From NCBI RefSeq assembly GCF_028368995.1, contig NZ_JAQNDL010000001.1, positions 2,752,001 to 2,816,000 of the forward strand: a stretch of 64,000 nt of DNA, read 5' to 3'. Below, in pieces: positions 49,569 through 59,920 of the stretch. The position numbers and the translations under genes were made by a program. Every line of letters begins with the position of its first letter. Position 1 is the stretch's first letter. Under the pieces are notes generated by a model, which saw nothing but the letters and a program-made list of their open reading frames with translations, did no database searches and was not told the origin of the DNA. Source of the stretch: Nannocystis bainbridge (GTDB lineage: Bacteria > Myxococcota_A > Polyangia > Nannocystales > Nannocystaceae).

Positions 49569-51410
49569 ATGTCCTGGCTAGCGATCGACCCCGCCCCCAT
49601 CACGCGCCGCGAGCCCGTCCCCGGCGCGCCGAGCCTGCAGATCTTCGCCGGCAAGCCGCACGCGCTGGCGTTCCTGGCCGACGGCACCCTCGTCGTCGGC
49701 GGCAGCCGCGAGCTCACCACGCACGATCCATCGGCGCCCACCCCTCCGCGCGCCGCCTTCGACCTCGGCGGCGGCGTCGAGTGGATGACCGCCCACCCCG
49801 ACGGCGTCTCGGTAATCGCCGCGGTCCGCAGCTCGCGCGGCAGCGCCGTCGTGCGCGTCTGGCCGGCCACCGGCGAGCTCGTCCGCCTGTTCACCGAGCC
49901 CAGCTTCGGCTGGGTGTTCACCGCCAACCTCTCGCCCGACGGTGCGCAGCTGGTCTGGCGTCGCAACGGCGTCCCGCCGAGCCTGTGCACCGTCGACCTC
50001 GCGACCGGCGCGCAGGTCCGCGAGCTCGAGCTGCCGCTGGAGCTCAACGGCGCCTCCACCCTCGCCGTGCGCCCCGACGGCGCGGTCTACATCGCCGGCG
50101 CCGGCCGCAGCGGGCAGCTCGTTCACCCGGACGGCCAGGTCGAAGGGATCCCCGTGTTCGACAGCTTCTCCGCCCCGTTCTTCGCCACCGGCGGGACCGT
50201 GCTCACCATCGACGGCAAGCGGTTCGGCCTCGTCGACGGCAAGCTCGACTCCTTCGCGGGCCTGTCGCAGGGCGCCCGCCAGGCCAGCATCACCTTCGAC
50301 CGGCGCCACCTCGCCTTCCACATGCCGCTGCGCCACGTGCAGGTGTGGGACGTGACGGCGCGCTGCGTGATCTTCACCGCCGAGCAGCGCGGCGCCAACG
50401 GCACGACCCCGTGGTGGCGCGGCCAGTCGGCGGCCGCCGGGGCGACGCACGTGGCGGCGATCCAGCACCTGGACGCGAGCGTGGAGATCTGGCGCATCGA
50501 CCAGCCAGGCGAGCCGAGCGCGCGGCTGCACGGCTACAGCCAGGGCGCACGCCGCCTGCAGTTCCACGGCGGCGCGCTGACGGCCCATACGCTGCAGCCG
50601 GCCAACACCCACCCCGCGGTGATGGAGATCGATCTGCAGAGCGGCGCCGCGCAGCTGCTGAGGGAGCGGCGCGTCCACGACATGGTCCGCACCGCCGACG
50701 GCCAGCGCATGCTCGTCCTCCACGAGGAGGAGGCCGGCGGTTCGTCGGTCACCCACTTCGACGCCGCCGGCGAGCCGCGCGAAAATTTTCCGGTGCAGAA
50801 GGCCGCGGCCGAGCTGGCGCTGGCGCCCAACGCCAGCACCTGGGCCGTCACCTCGCACACCTGGGCCAGCAGCGCCGACCCCACCGTGCACGCCCAGTGG
50901 CGCGCCTTCGGGGCCGCGAAGTGGGCCAAGACCATCAAGGCCCGCAGCTACTTCCACGCCCTCGACCTGGGCGACACCGCGGCCGCCGTCATGATCGGCC
51001 CCGAGCTCACCGTCGTCGCCCTCGGCAAGAGCAAGCCCCTCCTGACCGTCACGATCGCCGACACCGTGCGCGACCTGGCCCTCAGCCGCGACGGCGCCCA
51101 CGTCGGCCTCGCCTGCGACGACAAATCCCGCCTCGTCCACGTCGCCTCCGGCGTCGTCACCGAGCTCCCGCACGGCGTCCCCGGCGAGCGCCAGTGGCCC
51201 AAGTGCGTCTGCTTCGACGACCGCGGCGTGTGGCTGTTCTTCGGCTTCCCCTCCGGCGCGATCACCCAGCACCGCGTCCTCACCGGCGCCCTCGTCGCCA
51301 CCCACCACGCCCACACCGACGAGGTCCGCGCCCTCGCCTGGCACGACGGCAGCCTGTGGAGCAGCGGCGAAGACGGCACGATCCTCCGCTGGGGCGACCT
51401 CGGCGGATAG
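49569..51410 (+). CDS. WD40/beta-propeller repeat protein
   Basis: Repeated LAF..DG / SPDG / PDG turns; terminal AHTDEVRALAW...SSGEDGTILRW WD40 repeat. Confidence 0.8.
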   Translation: MSWLAIDPAPITRREPVPGAPSLQIFAGKPHALAFLADGTLVVGGSRELTTHDPSAPTPPRAAFDLGGGVEWMTAHPDGVSVIAAVRSSRGSAVVRVWPATGELVRLFTEPSFGWVFTANLSPDGAQLVWRRNGVPPSLCTVDLATGAQVRELELPLELNGASTLAVRPDGAVYIAGAGRSGQLVHPDGQVEGIPVFDSFSAPFFATGGTVLTIDGKRFGLVDGKLDSFAGLSQGARQASITFDRRHLAFHMPLRHVQVWDVTARCVIFTAEQRGANGTTPWWRGQSAAAGATHVAAIQHLDASVEIWRIDQPGEPSARLHGYSQGARRLQFHGGALTAHTLQPANTHPAVMEIDLQSGAAQLLRERRVHDMVRTADGQRMLVLHEEEAGGSSVTHFDAAGEPRENFPVQKAAAELALAPNASTWAVTSHTWASSADPTVHAQWRAFGAAKWAKTIKARSYFHALDLGDTAAAVMIGPELTVVALGKSKPLLTVTIADTVRDLALSRDGAHVGLACDDKSRLVHVASGVVTELPHGVPGERQWPKCVCFDDRGVWLFFGFPSGAITQHRVLTGALVATHHAHTDEVRALAWHDGSLWSSGEDGTILRWGDLGG

Positions 51411-51420
51411 CGGCTCGATC

Positions 51421-51513
51421 GCACATGTCCCTGTGGACATTCCTCAAAAGACATGTCTCTAGAGACATCTCGGTCCCAGGCGCGACGTCACGCGTGTCCT
51501 GGAGGACATGTCC
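51421..51513. repeat. Array of 14-bp TGTC-N6-GACA elements
   Basis: Cores at 51424, 51438 (CATT), 51452 and 51466 (CATC); pair at 51493/51507. Confidence 0.88.
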
Positions 51514-51672
51514 GGTCCCGCCCGCCGATTCGTCCGTCACCGGCCGTCCGGCGTGACGGTCCGGCCGCCCCCGCGACCAGGCTCACACCGAGCGCCGCCG
51601 CCCGGCTGCGTCGCCGCGCCGCACGCTGCGATCGCCCCTGAAAGCCCCGCCGGTTTTCGGTACACCCTCGCC

Positions 51673-53307
51673 ATGTCGACTGGATCGGTCTCGCGTCCGC
51701 GCCTCTTCGTCGGCGGCGTCATGCTCCTGCTGCTCGCGCCGATCCTCGTCCAGGGCCTCGTGCGCCTGCTGTCCTCCTGGACAGGTGAGCCTCACCTCGC
51801 CCTGCCCGTCACCCTCGCCGCGCTGCTCGCCGTCGCCCTCGCCACCGCCGTCGCTCTCGTCCGCCGCGCCTTCCACCCGCTCGTCGCATGGGCCGCCGGC
51901 GGGCTCGCCGGGGGCCTCCTGCTCGTCCTCACCGGCGCCCCGCTGGCCGCCCTCGCCACCGCCGCCAGCCTCGGCGGCCTGCTCGTGCTCGGCCTCCCGC
52001 TCGCCGCCCGCGCCCCGCTCCCGCGCGGCCGCATCACGGCCGCCCTGTGGGCCCTGCTCGCCGCCATCGGCCTGCTGCAGTTCGCCCGCATGAGCGTCTT
52101 CATGGCCGATCCGACCCAGCGGTGGGGCGCGCTCGCCGACGCCGAGTTCATCTCGCGCCACTCCTGCCTCACCAGCTACGTGCACGGCGCCGAGCTCGCC
52201 CGGCGCGGCGACGCCAACATCTACGACGACCGCTACGGCTTCGAGCCCGCGGCGCCCGGGCCCGAGCTGCCGTCGGCGATCGACATCGGCCCGCTCACCA
52301 TGGACACCTACGAGTACCCGCCGCAGTTCCTCGCCTTGCCGCGGCTGATGCTCGCCCTCACCTCCGACTTCATGGCCATCCGCGCCCTGTGGTTCGCCTT
52401 GACCGCAGTCGTGTTCGTCGGTGTCAGCCTCGCCCTCGCGCGCTGGCTCGGCGGCGAAGCCGAGCGGCGGGCCCGCCTCCTCGTCATCGCCATCGGCCTG
52501 TCGCCGCCGCTGCTCATCACCGCCTACTTCGGCAACTTCCAGATCATGGCCATGGCCCTGTCGGCGCTGGCCATGCTGGCGATCGTCCAGGGTCGCACGC
52601 GCAGCGGCGCCGCCCTGCTCGCCTTCGTCATCAGCGCCAAGATCTTCCCCGGCATCCTCGGCGTGTGGTTGCTGGCCTCGCGCCGCTGGGCCGCCGCCGC
52701 CTGGACCGTGCTGTTCGCCGGCCTCTACGCCCTCCTCGCCCTGCTCCTGTTCGGCGCCCGCCCCTACGAAGATTTCCTCGGCTACCACCTGCCGCGCCTC
52801 GCCAGCGGCGAGACCTTCGCCTTCCTCAGCCAGCCGCTGCCCTCGATGTCCAACCTCGGCGTGTTCGGCGTGCCCTTCAAGGCGCGGATCGCCGGCTGGG
52901 GCGGCAGCGAGGCCGACGCCTGGGCCCTCGCCCGTCAGCTCGCCTGGGGCTACACCCTCGTCCTGTTCGTCGTCGCTGTCTCGTCCGGCTGGCGAAGGCC
53001 CGCGCCGACCACCCCGCGCGGTCGCGCCGTCATGCTCGGCGAGTGGTTCGGCCTGCTCGCCCTCGGCGCCATGCGCAGCCCGTTCGCCCCGCCCGAGGCG
53101 ATCATCCCCCTCGTCTGGGCCCTCGCCTTCCGCGCCGCCGCGGCCGAGCGCCGCCGCGAGGTCGTCGCCGTCGTCGCCGTCTGGATCGCCATCATGATCA
53201 TGATCCCCTCCGCGACCCAGCCGGTCGCGATCCTCGCCCTCGTCGTCCAGGCCCTCGTCTACGCCGCCGCCCTGTGGCTGGCCCTCGCCGGCCGCAAGTC
53301 CACCTGA
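51673..53307 (+). CDS. Glycosyltransferase family 87-like (GT-C) membrane protein
   Basis: Many TM helices; NIY, YEYPPQFL, FGNFQ and AKIFPG motifs. Confidence 0.8.
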   Translation: MSTGSVSRPRLFVGGVMLLLLAPILVQGLVRLLSSWTGEPHLALPVTLAALLAVALATAVALVRRAFHPLVAWAAGGLAGGLLLVLTGAPLAALATAASLGGLLVLGLPLAARAPLPRGRITAALWALLAAIGLLQFARMSVFMADPTQRWGALADAEFISRHSCLTSYVHGAELARRGDANIYDDRYGFEPAAPGPELPSAIDIGPLTMDTYEYPPQFLALPRLMLALTSDFMAIRALWFALTAVVFVGVSLALARWLGGEAERRARLLVIAIGLSPPLLITAYFGNFQIMAMALSALAMLAIVQGRTRSGAALLAFVISAKIFPGILGVWLLASRRWAAAAWTVLFAGLYALLALLLFGARPYEDFLGYHLPRLASGETFAFLSQPLPSMSNLGVFGVPFKARIAGWGGSEADAWALARQLAWGYTLVLFVVAVSSGWRRPAPTTPRGRAVMLGEWFGLLALGAMRSPFAPPEAIIPLVWALAFRAAAAERRREVVAVVAVWIAIMIMIPSATQPVAILALVVQALVYAAALWLALAGRKST

Positions 53308-53333
53308 CCGGGCCCGATGGGATGTGGCGGTTC

Positions 53334-53411
53334 GGGCATGTCCTCACGGGCATGCCCACAAGACCATGTCCAAATCGACATGTCTTAAAAAACATGTCCT
53401 GAAGAACAGCC
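53334..53411. repeat. Array of 14-bp TGTC-N6-GACA elements
   Basis: CATG at 53337, 53351, 53365, 53379, 53393 and CAGC at 53407; convergent junction. Confidence 0.92.
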
Positions 53412-56318
53412 TCACCCCGGGTGCGACGCCAGCCACGCCTCGATGCGCCGCTGCGCCTCGGCCGGATCGGCGAGCGGCAGCCCCTCGGCCGCGGTTCTGG
53501 CGAGCGCCCGGCCGGCCGGCCGATCGCGGCGCCAGCGGGCCGTCGCGGTCCCCAGGTGGTCGAGCACGATCTCGAGCCCCGCCGAGGGGTTCATCGCCAC
53601 GATCGCGCGGCCGCGGGCCAGCAGCGGCGCCGCCTCCGTCGCGCGCTTGCTGGCCACCAGCGCCTCGCCCAGCAGGTGGGCCGCGAACCCCACCTCCACG
53701 TGCTCCGGCCCGAACACGCGCTCGCGGATCGCCAGCGCCTGCTGCAGCGGCGCGATCGCCTCGGCCGGGCGCCCGTCCATCTGCAGCACGATCCCCAGGT
53801 CGTAAAAGATCCACGACGCCTCGCTGCTGGCCTGCTCCCCGCGCGCCTGCGCGATCGCCTCGCCGCGGCGCAGGTGCGCCTCCGCGGCCGCGAACTCGCC
53901 GCGCGACGCCAGCTCGAGCGCCAGGTTGCACAGCGGCGTCAGCAGGGCCATCGCCTCGCTCCCGTGCGCCTCCTCGGCCACCGCCAGCGAGCGACGGTTG
54001 AGCCCCAGGCACTCCGCCTCGCGCCCCGTCTGGCACGACGCCACCGCCAGCCCGGCCAGCGTCTCGGCCACCGCCGGGTGGGCCCCGCCCAGGCTGCGTT
54101 CGCGGATCGCCAGCGCCCGGCGGAAGTGGCCCAGCGCCGCCTCGTGCTCGAGCCGCTGCACCGCCACCCGCCCGAGGTTGTGCAGCACCACCGCCACGTC
54201 CGGGTGGTGCTGGCCCAGCACCTGCTGGCGCAGCGCCAGCGACTCGCGCAGCAGCGCCTCCGCCTCGTCGAGCCGGTTCTGGTCCATGCGCGACGACGCC
54301 AGCGCGTTGGCGGCCCGCACGAAGTCGAGCGGCGCCTCGCGCTTGCGCGACTCGGCCAGCGCCAGCGCCCGCGTCTGCACCTCGGCCGCCTCCACCAGCC
54401 GGTCCGCGCCGGACAGCGTCAGCCCGAGCGCCATCAATTGGGCCAGCCGCGGCGTCGGCGGGTCACCGATCCGTCGCAGCTTGGCGTCGGCGACATCGCT
54501 CCACAGCAGCGCCTCGGCCGGCTCGCGCAGGCGCACCCCGTTGACGTGGCTGAGCTGCGTCGCCGCCGTCGCGGCCACCTCGTCGTGGCCGGCCGCCTCG
54601 GCCACCGCGAACGCCCGCCGCAACGTCGCTCGCGCCTCCGCGTACTCGGCCGCGGCCGCCTGCGCCGACCCGTGGCGGACCAGCGCCTCTGCCAGCGCCG
54701 GCGCGTAGCCGACAGCCTCTGCCGCCTCCACCGCCCCGCGCGCCGCGTCGCGGGCCGTCTTGAACCTGCCCGCGTCGAACTCCGCCTTGGCCGCCGCCAG
54801 CCGGTCGCGCAGCCCTGCCACCGCCTCGACCTGGGCCGGCTCGCGCGGCGGCGGCAATCGCTCCGCCTCGGCGCGCAGCGTCGCCAGCTCGGCGCAGCGG
54901 GCCAGCGGCGTCAGCCCCGAGGCCGCCTGGGCCGCCCCGCGGACCGCGTCGAAGTCGGCCGCCTGCAGCACCCCCGCCACCGCCGCCAGCTCGGCCCGCC
55001 GGCGCTCGAGGCAGCCTTCGTGCAGCGCCTGGACCTCGGGCGCCAGCCCGCCCGCATGGCGCAAGAGACATGCCCTTTCGGTCATGTCCTGAAGTTCATC
55101 CGCGTACGCGTCGAGCCGGTGGGCCGCGGCCGCCCACGCGTCGGCCGCGAACGGCGCCGCCGTGGCCAGCACCGCCGCCCGCGCCGCTGCCCGCCCGCCC
55201 TCGTCCCAGCCCGGCACCAGCCCCGCCGCGGTCCGGCACTGCGCCGCCACCTGGCCCTCAGGACCTGTCCTTGCCGCCATGTACCCAAAGCCAGCCGCGA
55301 TCGCGACCGCCGCCAGCGCCCCGGCCGCGATCAGCCGCCGCGTGCGCCGCTGGCCCGCCTCGGTCAGCGCCGCCAGCAGCGCCGCCATGTCGGGGAAGCG
55401 GCCGTCGGGGTCGAGCGTCAGCCCGCGGCGCAGCACCGCCGCCACCGCCGCCGGGACCTGGCCTCGCGGCGCCCGCAGCTCGCCCGCGAACACCTGCGGC
55501 GCCAGCTCCTCGACCCGGCGACCGACGAACGGCCGCGCCCCGTACAGCCCCTCCCACAGCGACACGCAGAAGCCGAACTGGTCCGAGCGGGCGTCGGCCG
55601 GCGCGCGCATCATCTGCTCCGGGGCCATGTACGCCGGCGTCCCGAGCAGCGTCCCGGCCTCCGTCAGCGGCCCTGACAGCGCCGACGCGTCGGCCGCGAA
55701 CAGCCGCGCCGTATCGGTCAGCGCCAGCGGCAGCCGCGGCGACGCGCCCGGCTCCTCGTCGCCGAGCGCCGGCACCCGGGCGATCCCGAAGTCGACCACG
55801 CAGACCCGCCCGCTGGCGTCGATCATCGCGTTGTCGGGCTTGAAGTCGCGGTGGACCAGCCCGGCCGCGTGCGCCGCTGCCAGCCCGCGGCCGGCCTGCA
55901 GGTAGGCCGCCAGGATCTCGCGCCACTTCCTCGCCTGTCTCTTCTGCCATGTCCTCAGGGTCAGGCCGTCGAAGAACTCCATGGCCAGGAACACCCGCCC
56001 GTCGGCGCTGCCGACCGCGTAGACCTGGACCACGTTCGGGTGCGAAAGCTTGGCCAGCGCCTGCGCCTCGCGCAGCATCCGCGCCCGCCCGAACGAGCCC
56101 TCGTGCTCGCCCGCGTGCATCCACTTGAGCGCGACGCAGCGGTCGAGCTCCTCGTCGTAGGCCAGGTAGACCGCCCCCATCCCGCCGACCCCGAGCTGAC
56201 GGATCACCGTGTAGCGGTCGATGCGGAACGGCTGCGGCGCCGCGACGTCTCGCGCCGGCGGCCCCGACTCGTGCCGCGTCGGGACCTCGCTCGGGTCGCT
56301 TGTGGCCGCCGGTTCCAC
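53412..56318 (-). CDS. Ser/Thr protein kinase with TM segment and TPR repeats
   Basis: GVGGMGAVY, VALK, HRDFKPDN, DFG, GTPAYMAPE and SDQF motifs; TPR repeats (LG..HP.VA). Confidence 0.95.
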   Translation of the reverse strand: MEPAATSDPSEVPTRHESGPPARDVAAPQPFRIDRYTVIRQLGVGGMGAVYLAYDEELDRCVALKWMHAGEHEGSFGRARMLREAQALAKLSHPNVVQVYAVGSADGRVFLAMEFFDGLTLRTWQKRQARKWREILAAYLQAGRGLAAAHAAGLVHRDFKPDNAMIDASGRVCVVDFGIARVPALGDEEPGASPRLPLALTDTARLFAADASALSGPLTEAGTLLGTPAYMAPEQMMRAPADARSDQFGFCVSLWEGLYGARPFVGRRVEELAPQVFAGELRAPRGQVPAAVAAVLRRGLTLDPDGRFPDMAALLAALTEAGQRRTRRLIAAGALAAVAIAAGFGYMAARTGPEGQVAAQCRTAAGLVPGWDEGGRAAARAAVLATAAPFAADAWAAAAHRLDAYADELQDMTERACLLRHAGGLAPEVQALHEGCLERRRAELAAVAGVLQAADFDAVRGAAQAASGLTPLARCAELATLRAEAERLPPPREPAQVEAVAGLRDRLAAAKAEFDAGRFKTARDAARGAVEAAEAVGYAPALAEALVRHGSAQAAAAEYAEARATLRRAFAVAEAAGHDEVAATAATQLSHVNGVRLREPAEALLWSDVADAKLRRIGDPPTPRLAQLMALGLTLSGADRLVEAAEVQTRALALAESRKREAPLDFVRAANALASSRMDQNRLDEAEALLRESLALRQQVLGQHHPDVAVVLHNLGRVAVQRLEHEAALGHFRRALAIRERSLGGAHPAVAETLAGLAVASCQTGREAECLGLNRRSLAVAEEAHGSEAMALLTPLCNLALELASRGEFAAAEAHLRRGEAIAQARGEQASSEASWIFYDLGIVLQMDGRPAEAIAPLQQALAIRERVFGPEHVEVGFAAHLLGEALVASKRATEAAPLLARGRAIVAMNPSAGLEIVLDHLGTATARWRRDRPAGRALARTAAEGLPLADPAEAQRRIEAWLASHPG

Positions 56319-56466
56319 CCTGGCCGCACCAGCGTACCGAGCCGGTCCCGCGACGGGAACGCCGACGGATCACTGTCCCGCAATTCGGCGACATTTCGCC
56401 GCGCAAGTGCGAATCGGGCCCTCGCCCAGCCGGCGCGCGCCTTCGAGCCGTGCGCCCGCGCCGCCG

Positions 56467-58578
56467 TCACTCGGGATCGCAGGCCCCGTCGCAGAAGTTC
56501 TCGATCTGCCCACCTGGCCGCAGGAACATGTCGATCTGCGTCCGGATCTTCGGGTTGCGGCGGACATTCTCGTGCACGTTGTACTCGCCGGGCGGCTCCT
56601 TCGGGATCTCCGCCTCGATCCCCGGCAGCTCGGGCACGTGATAGTCGACGTTGACCCCGGCCGAGCCCGCCGACGGCGCAGGTGTGGTCTGCAGGCCGTA
56701 GACCGGCCGGGCCGGCGGGTCGAGCAGATCGATCCCCGTCGCCCGCATCAGCAGCTCGCTGGCGAGGTTGTTGACCGAGTGATCGCCGATGCCATACGAG
56801 AACAGGATCTTGCGCGCCGGGCTGTCCTCGTACGGCTGCTGCAACACCCGCGGCGCGTAGGTCAGCGGGTCGACGCGGTCCCAGGTGTGCTGGCTGAGGG
56901 CGATGAACTTCTGGATCAGCAGCGGCTCGTCGCCGATCACCACCTTGACGATGTCGAACAGCATCGAGAACGAGCCCGAGCGCGTCATCATCAGCGAATA
57001 CGGCCCGCCGCCGACGTCGAGCACCGCCTTCTCGACCACCGGCGACAGCGCCATGAACGTCAGGCCGAAGATCGAGCCCTGCGAGATGCCGTACCAGTAG
57101 ACCTCGTCCGGCGCGTAGAGCAGCTGACCGAACGCCTCGAGCTCGGCGCTGTCCGCCAGCGTGGTCTGGATCGCGTACGACAGCGCCAGCTGGTTGGCGA
57201 AGCCCTGGTGCAGCCGGTCGGTGAACAGGAACAGGTCGGACGGGTCCTCGAAGATCGTCTCGACCACCACGCCCTGGTCCTCGAGCGCCATCCCGGCCCA
57301 CTCGGTGGCGACCATGATGAACTTGCGCTCGGTCGAGAACGCCCGCATCGCGCTCCAGTTGATCTCCTCGCGCTCGCCGAAGAACCCGTGGCCGTACTGG
57401 ATGATGCGCGCCGGCTCGAAGTCGGCCGCGAGCGGCCACACCGACCTCGGCACCTGCAGCGTGAACGGGACCCAGATCGTCCCGTTGGCCGCCGGCTTCC
57501 CGTCGGGCCCGCGGTGGATCCGCGCCATCGGCTCGTCGGCCTCGAGGTACAGCGGCACCTCGAACTTGCCCTCGACCCGCAGCGCGAACTCCTCGCTGTA
57601 GTCGGGGATCACGTTGTCGAACTCGATCGCCGGCCCGGCCGCGCCCAGCGTCGCGATCACGTCCTCGCGGATCGCCAGCAGGTCATCGGTGTTGCGCGCC
57701 TCCGAGGCCGTCGTGAAGTCCCACGCCAGCTGCAGCCCCGCGCGCGCCACCCCGGCCTGCTCGAGCACCGGGAAGATCTGCTCCTCGTAGCGCTGCGCCA
57801 GCGGCTCCAGCACCGCATGCCCCGCGACATCGCCCTGCAGCACGTGGGCGAAGCCCAGCGGCGGCGCCACGGCCGTCCCATCGGCCGCCACAAGCCCCTG
57901 GAACGCCACCACGTAGCGCGCGCTGTCCTTCAGCCGCACGAACGGCCGCACGATCAGCGCCTGCCGCGTCGGGTCGTCCGTCATCGCGTCGAGCTCGACC
58001 CAGTGCGGCACCAGCTCGCCGGTCTCGACCTCGATCAGCAGCGTCGGGCTGCTCGCCGTCAGCGTCGCGTCGCCGTCACCTGTATGAAAGGTCAGGTTCT
58101 TGGTGTCGATGCCCTCCGGGAACAGCGCCAGGATCGGCATGTGGTGCGAGAACCCGTCGGTCGGGTGCGCCGCCAGGTTGTCGATCGACGCGCCCATCAT
58201 GGTCTTTGGGACAGCCTGCTCCGTCAGCGCCACCCGCACCCCGTTCGGCAGCCCCGCGTCCTCGACCAGGAAGAAGTCCGACGGGTACGGCAGCAAGCAG
58301 TCGGCCGCGTACGCGATCGGGTTGCAGCCCTCCGGCACCTCCGCCGGCGGCAGCGGCTCGCCGGTCGTCGGCTCCTCGGTCGTCGCGCTCGTCTCGGTCG
58401 TCGTCGCCTCGGTCGTCGTCGGCGTCACGTCGGTCGTCGGCGTCCCGGTCGTCGTCGCCGCGCTCGTCGAGCTGGCGTCTTCCGTCGTCGCCGAGCCGGC
58501 GTCGCCGCAGGCCAGCACCATCAGCGCCGCCAGCGACGCCAGACACGAACAGGGGAACGAGGACCGCGGGTGCTTCAT
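56467..58578 (-). CDS. Lipoprotein with alpha/beta-hydrolase fold
   Basis: Lipobox VLAC, CLLPYPSD, DGFS, YGHGFFG, nucleophile GISQG, GDHSV and NVHE. Confidence 0.75.
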   Translation of the reverse strand: MKHPRSSFPCSCLASLAALMVLACGDAGSATTEDASSTSAATTTGTPTTDVTPTTTEATTTETSATTEEPTTGEPLPPAEVPEGCNPIAYAADCLLPYPSDFFLVEDAGLPNGVRVALTEQAVPKTMMGASIDNLAAHPTDGFSHHMPILALFPEGIDTKNLTFHTGDGDATLTASSPTLLIEVETGELVPHWVELDAMTDDPTRQALIVRPFVRLKDSARYVVAFQGLVAADGTAVAPPLGFAHVLQGDVAGHAVLEPLAQRYEEQIFPVLEQAGVARAGLQLAWDFTTASEARNTDDLLAIREDVIATLGAAGPAIEFDNVIPDYSEEFALRVEGKFEVPLYLEADEPMARIHRGPDGKPAANGTIWVPFTLQVPRSVWPLAADFEPARIIQYGHGFFGEREEINWSAMRAFSTERKFIMVATEWAGMALEDQGVVVETIFEDPSDLFLFTDRLHQGFANQLALSYAIQTTLADSAELEAFGQLLYAPDEVYWYGISQGSIFGLTFMALSPVVEKAVLDVGGGPYSLMMTRSGSFSMLFDIVKVVIGDEPLLIQKFIALSQHTWDRVDPLTYAPRVLQQPYEDSPARKILFSYGIGDHSVNNLASELLMRATGIDLLDPPARPVYGLQTTPAPSAGSAGVNVDYHVPELPGIEAEIPKEPPGEYNVHENVRRNPKIRTQIDMFLRPGGQIENFCDGACDPE

Positions 58579-58828
58579 GATCGGCCGATCATAAGCGCCG
58601 GCGGACAAATCCGGCGCGCCCGCCCTCGCGGGCCCGCTCACCCTCGCCAGCCCCCGCGAGCCGGAGCGAAGATCGGGCCGACGACGCCAAGGCCCGCCTC
58701 CGCGCCAAACCATGCGCCCGAGGCTCTCGCTCTCCGGGCTCGCGCCCTCGGGCGCCCCAGGGCGACCGCACCACCTCCGCCGCCTCACGCACCTCGCGCA
58801 CGGGCCACAAACGCCGGCCCGAGCCGGC

Positions 58829-59257
58829 TCACGGCCGCCCGGACGGCAGCGCCCGCCGCACCAGCGCCACGTACACCAGCAGCCCCACGGGCCCGAGCAT
58901 CAGCGTCAGCACCTGGCACGGCACCACCAGCAAGCGCGAGCTGCCGCGCGCCGCCGCGTCGCGACCGATCCACGCGCCGACCCACAGATCGAACGCCAGG
59001 TAATGCACCCACCCGGCCAGCATCACCCACGGGTTCTGGAACAGCCGCATCACGCCCTCGAGCGAGTTGAAGGCCCGCAGGTCCTCCGTCGTGAAGTGCG
59101 GCAGCAGGATCGCCAGGTAGATCGCCGACAGCAGCAGCGAGAACACCCCGCTGTACACCAGCCGCTGCGTCACGCGAGCCCGCGGCGCCAACCACAGCAG
59201 CACCCAGCCGGCCAGGGTCGCGGAGTTGAGGATTGTGAACAGTCGATGCGGATCCAC
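58829..59257 (-). CDS. ABA4-like / DUF4281 membrane protein
   Basis: GW...P, SLEGVMRLF, AGWVHYLAFDLWVG and LTLMLGPVGLL motifs. Confidence 0.88.
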   Translation of the reverse strand: MDPHRLFTILNSATLAGWVLLWLAPRARVTQRLVYSGVFSLLLSAIYLAILLPHFTTEDLRAFNSLEGVMRLFQNPWVMLAGWVHYLAFDLWVGAWIGRDAAARGSSRLLVVPCQVLTLMLGPVGLLVYVALVRRALPSGRP

Positions 59258-59488
59258 GACCCGCAGCGTCTCACAATCCCGCCCCGCCGCGCACCCCGAT
59301 CCGCACCGGCTCTCGCCTGAACCCTCCGGCAGCCCCACCTCGCCACGATCCCGGCCCCCCAGGAATCACCTCGCGTCGCCCCTCCTCGACCCGAGCAGCC
59401 GCCCGGCCCACCACGCTCCCGCCCCACGCGCAGATCGCTCCGCCCAGCACCGCCCCGACCCGGCCCGCGCGGCGTCCTCTCTCTCCAA

Positions 59489-59572
59489 CCTGTCCCTTCG
59501 GCCATCAATGCCTGTCCCTTCGACCATCAAAACCTGTCCCTTCGGCCATCAAGACCTGTCCCTTCGGCCATC
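59489..59572. repeat. Four 22-bp tandem repeats CCTGTCCCTTCG(G/A)CCATCAAnn
   Basis: Copies at 59489, 59511, 59533 and 59555 in a divergent intergenic region. Confidence 0.9.
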
Positions 59573-59920
59573 TAGCATCCCCGCATCCGCTGCCTCCATT
59601 TGATTCGTCCCTGACCCTCCTGCCATCTCCCCGCCTTCCGACACTCTCGTTCGCCTCTCTCGCCCCACGCACCGTCCCTGTCCTGAGGGACATCTCCTTG
59701 CGCGCACACCGACTCGCGGCGGTGGGGTCTGGGAGCCCCGCGGAGCGCGCGGATCCGTCCAGGCTGGCATTTTCGCCGGCGTCTGCGCGGCATACGATCT
59801 CGCACCCCTCGCACCCCTCGCTCTCGGCGATCGTGCGCGCCGCGCCGCCCTCCCGTGATAGATTGGCGGTGCTCCGGCCTGCCGCCGCACCGGGCGCCGG
59901 TCACCGCGGGAGCGAGCCCC

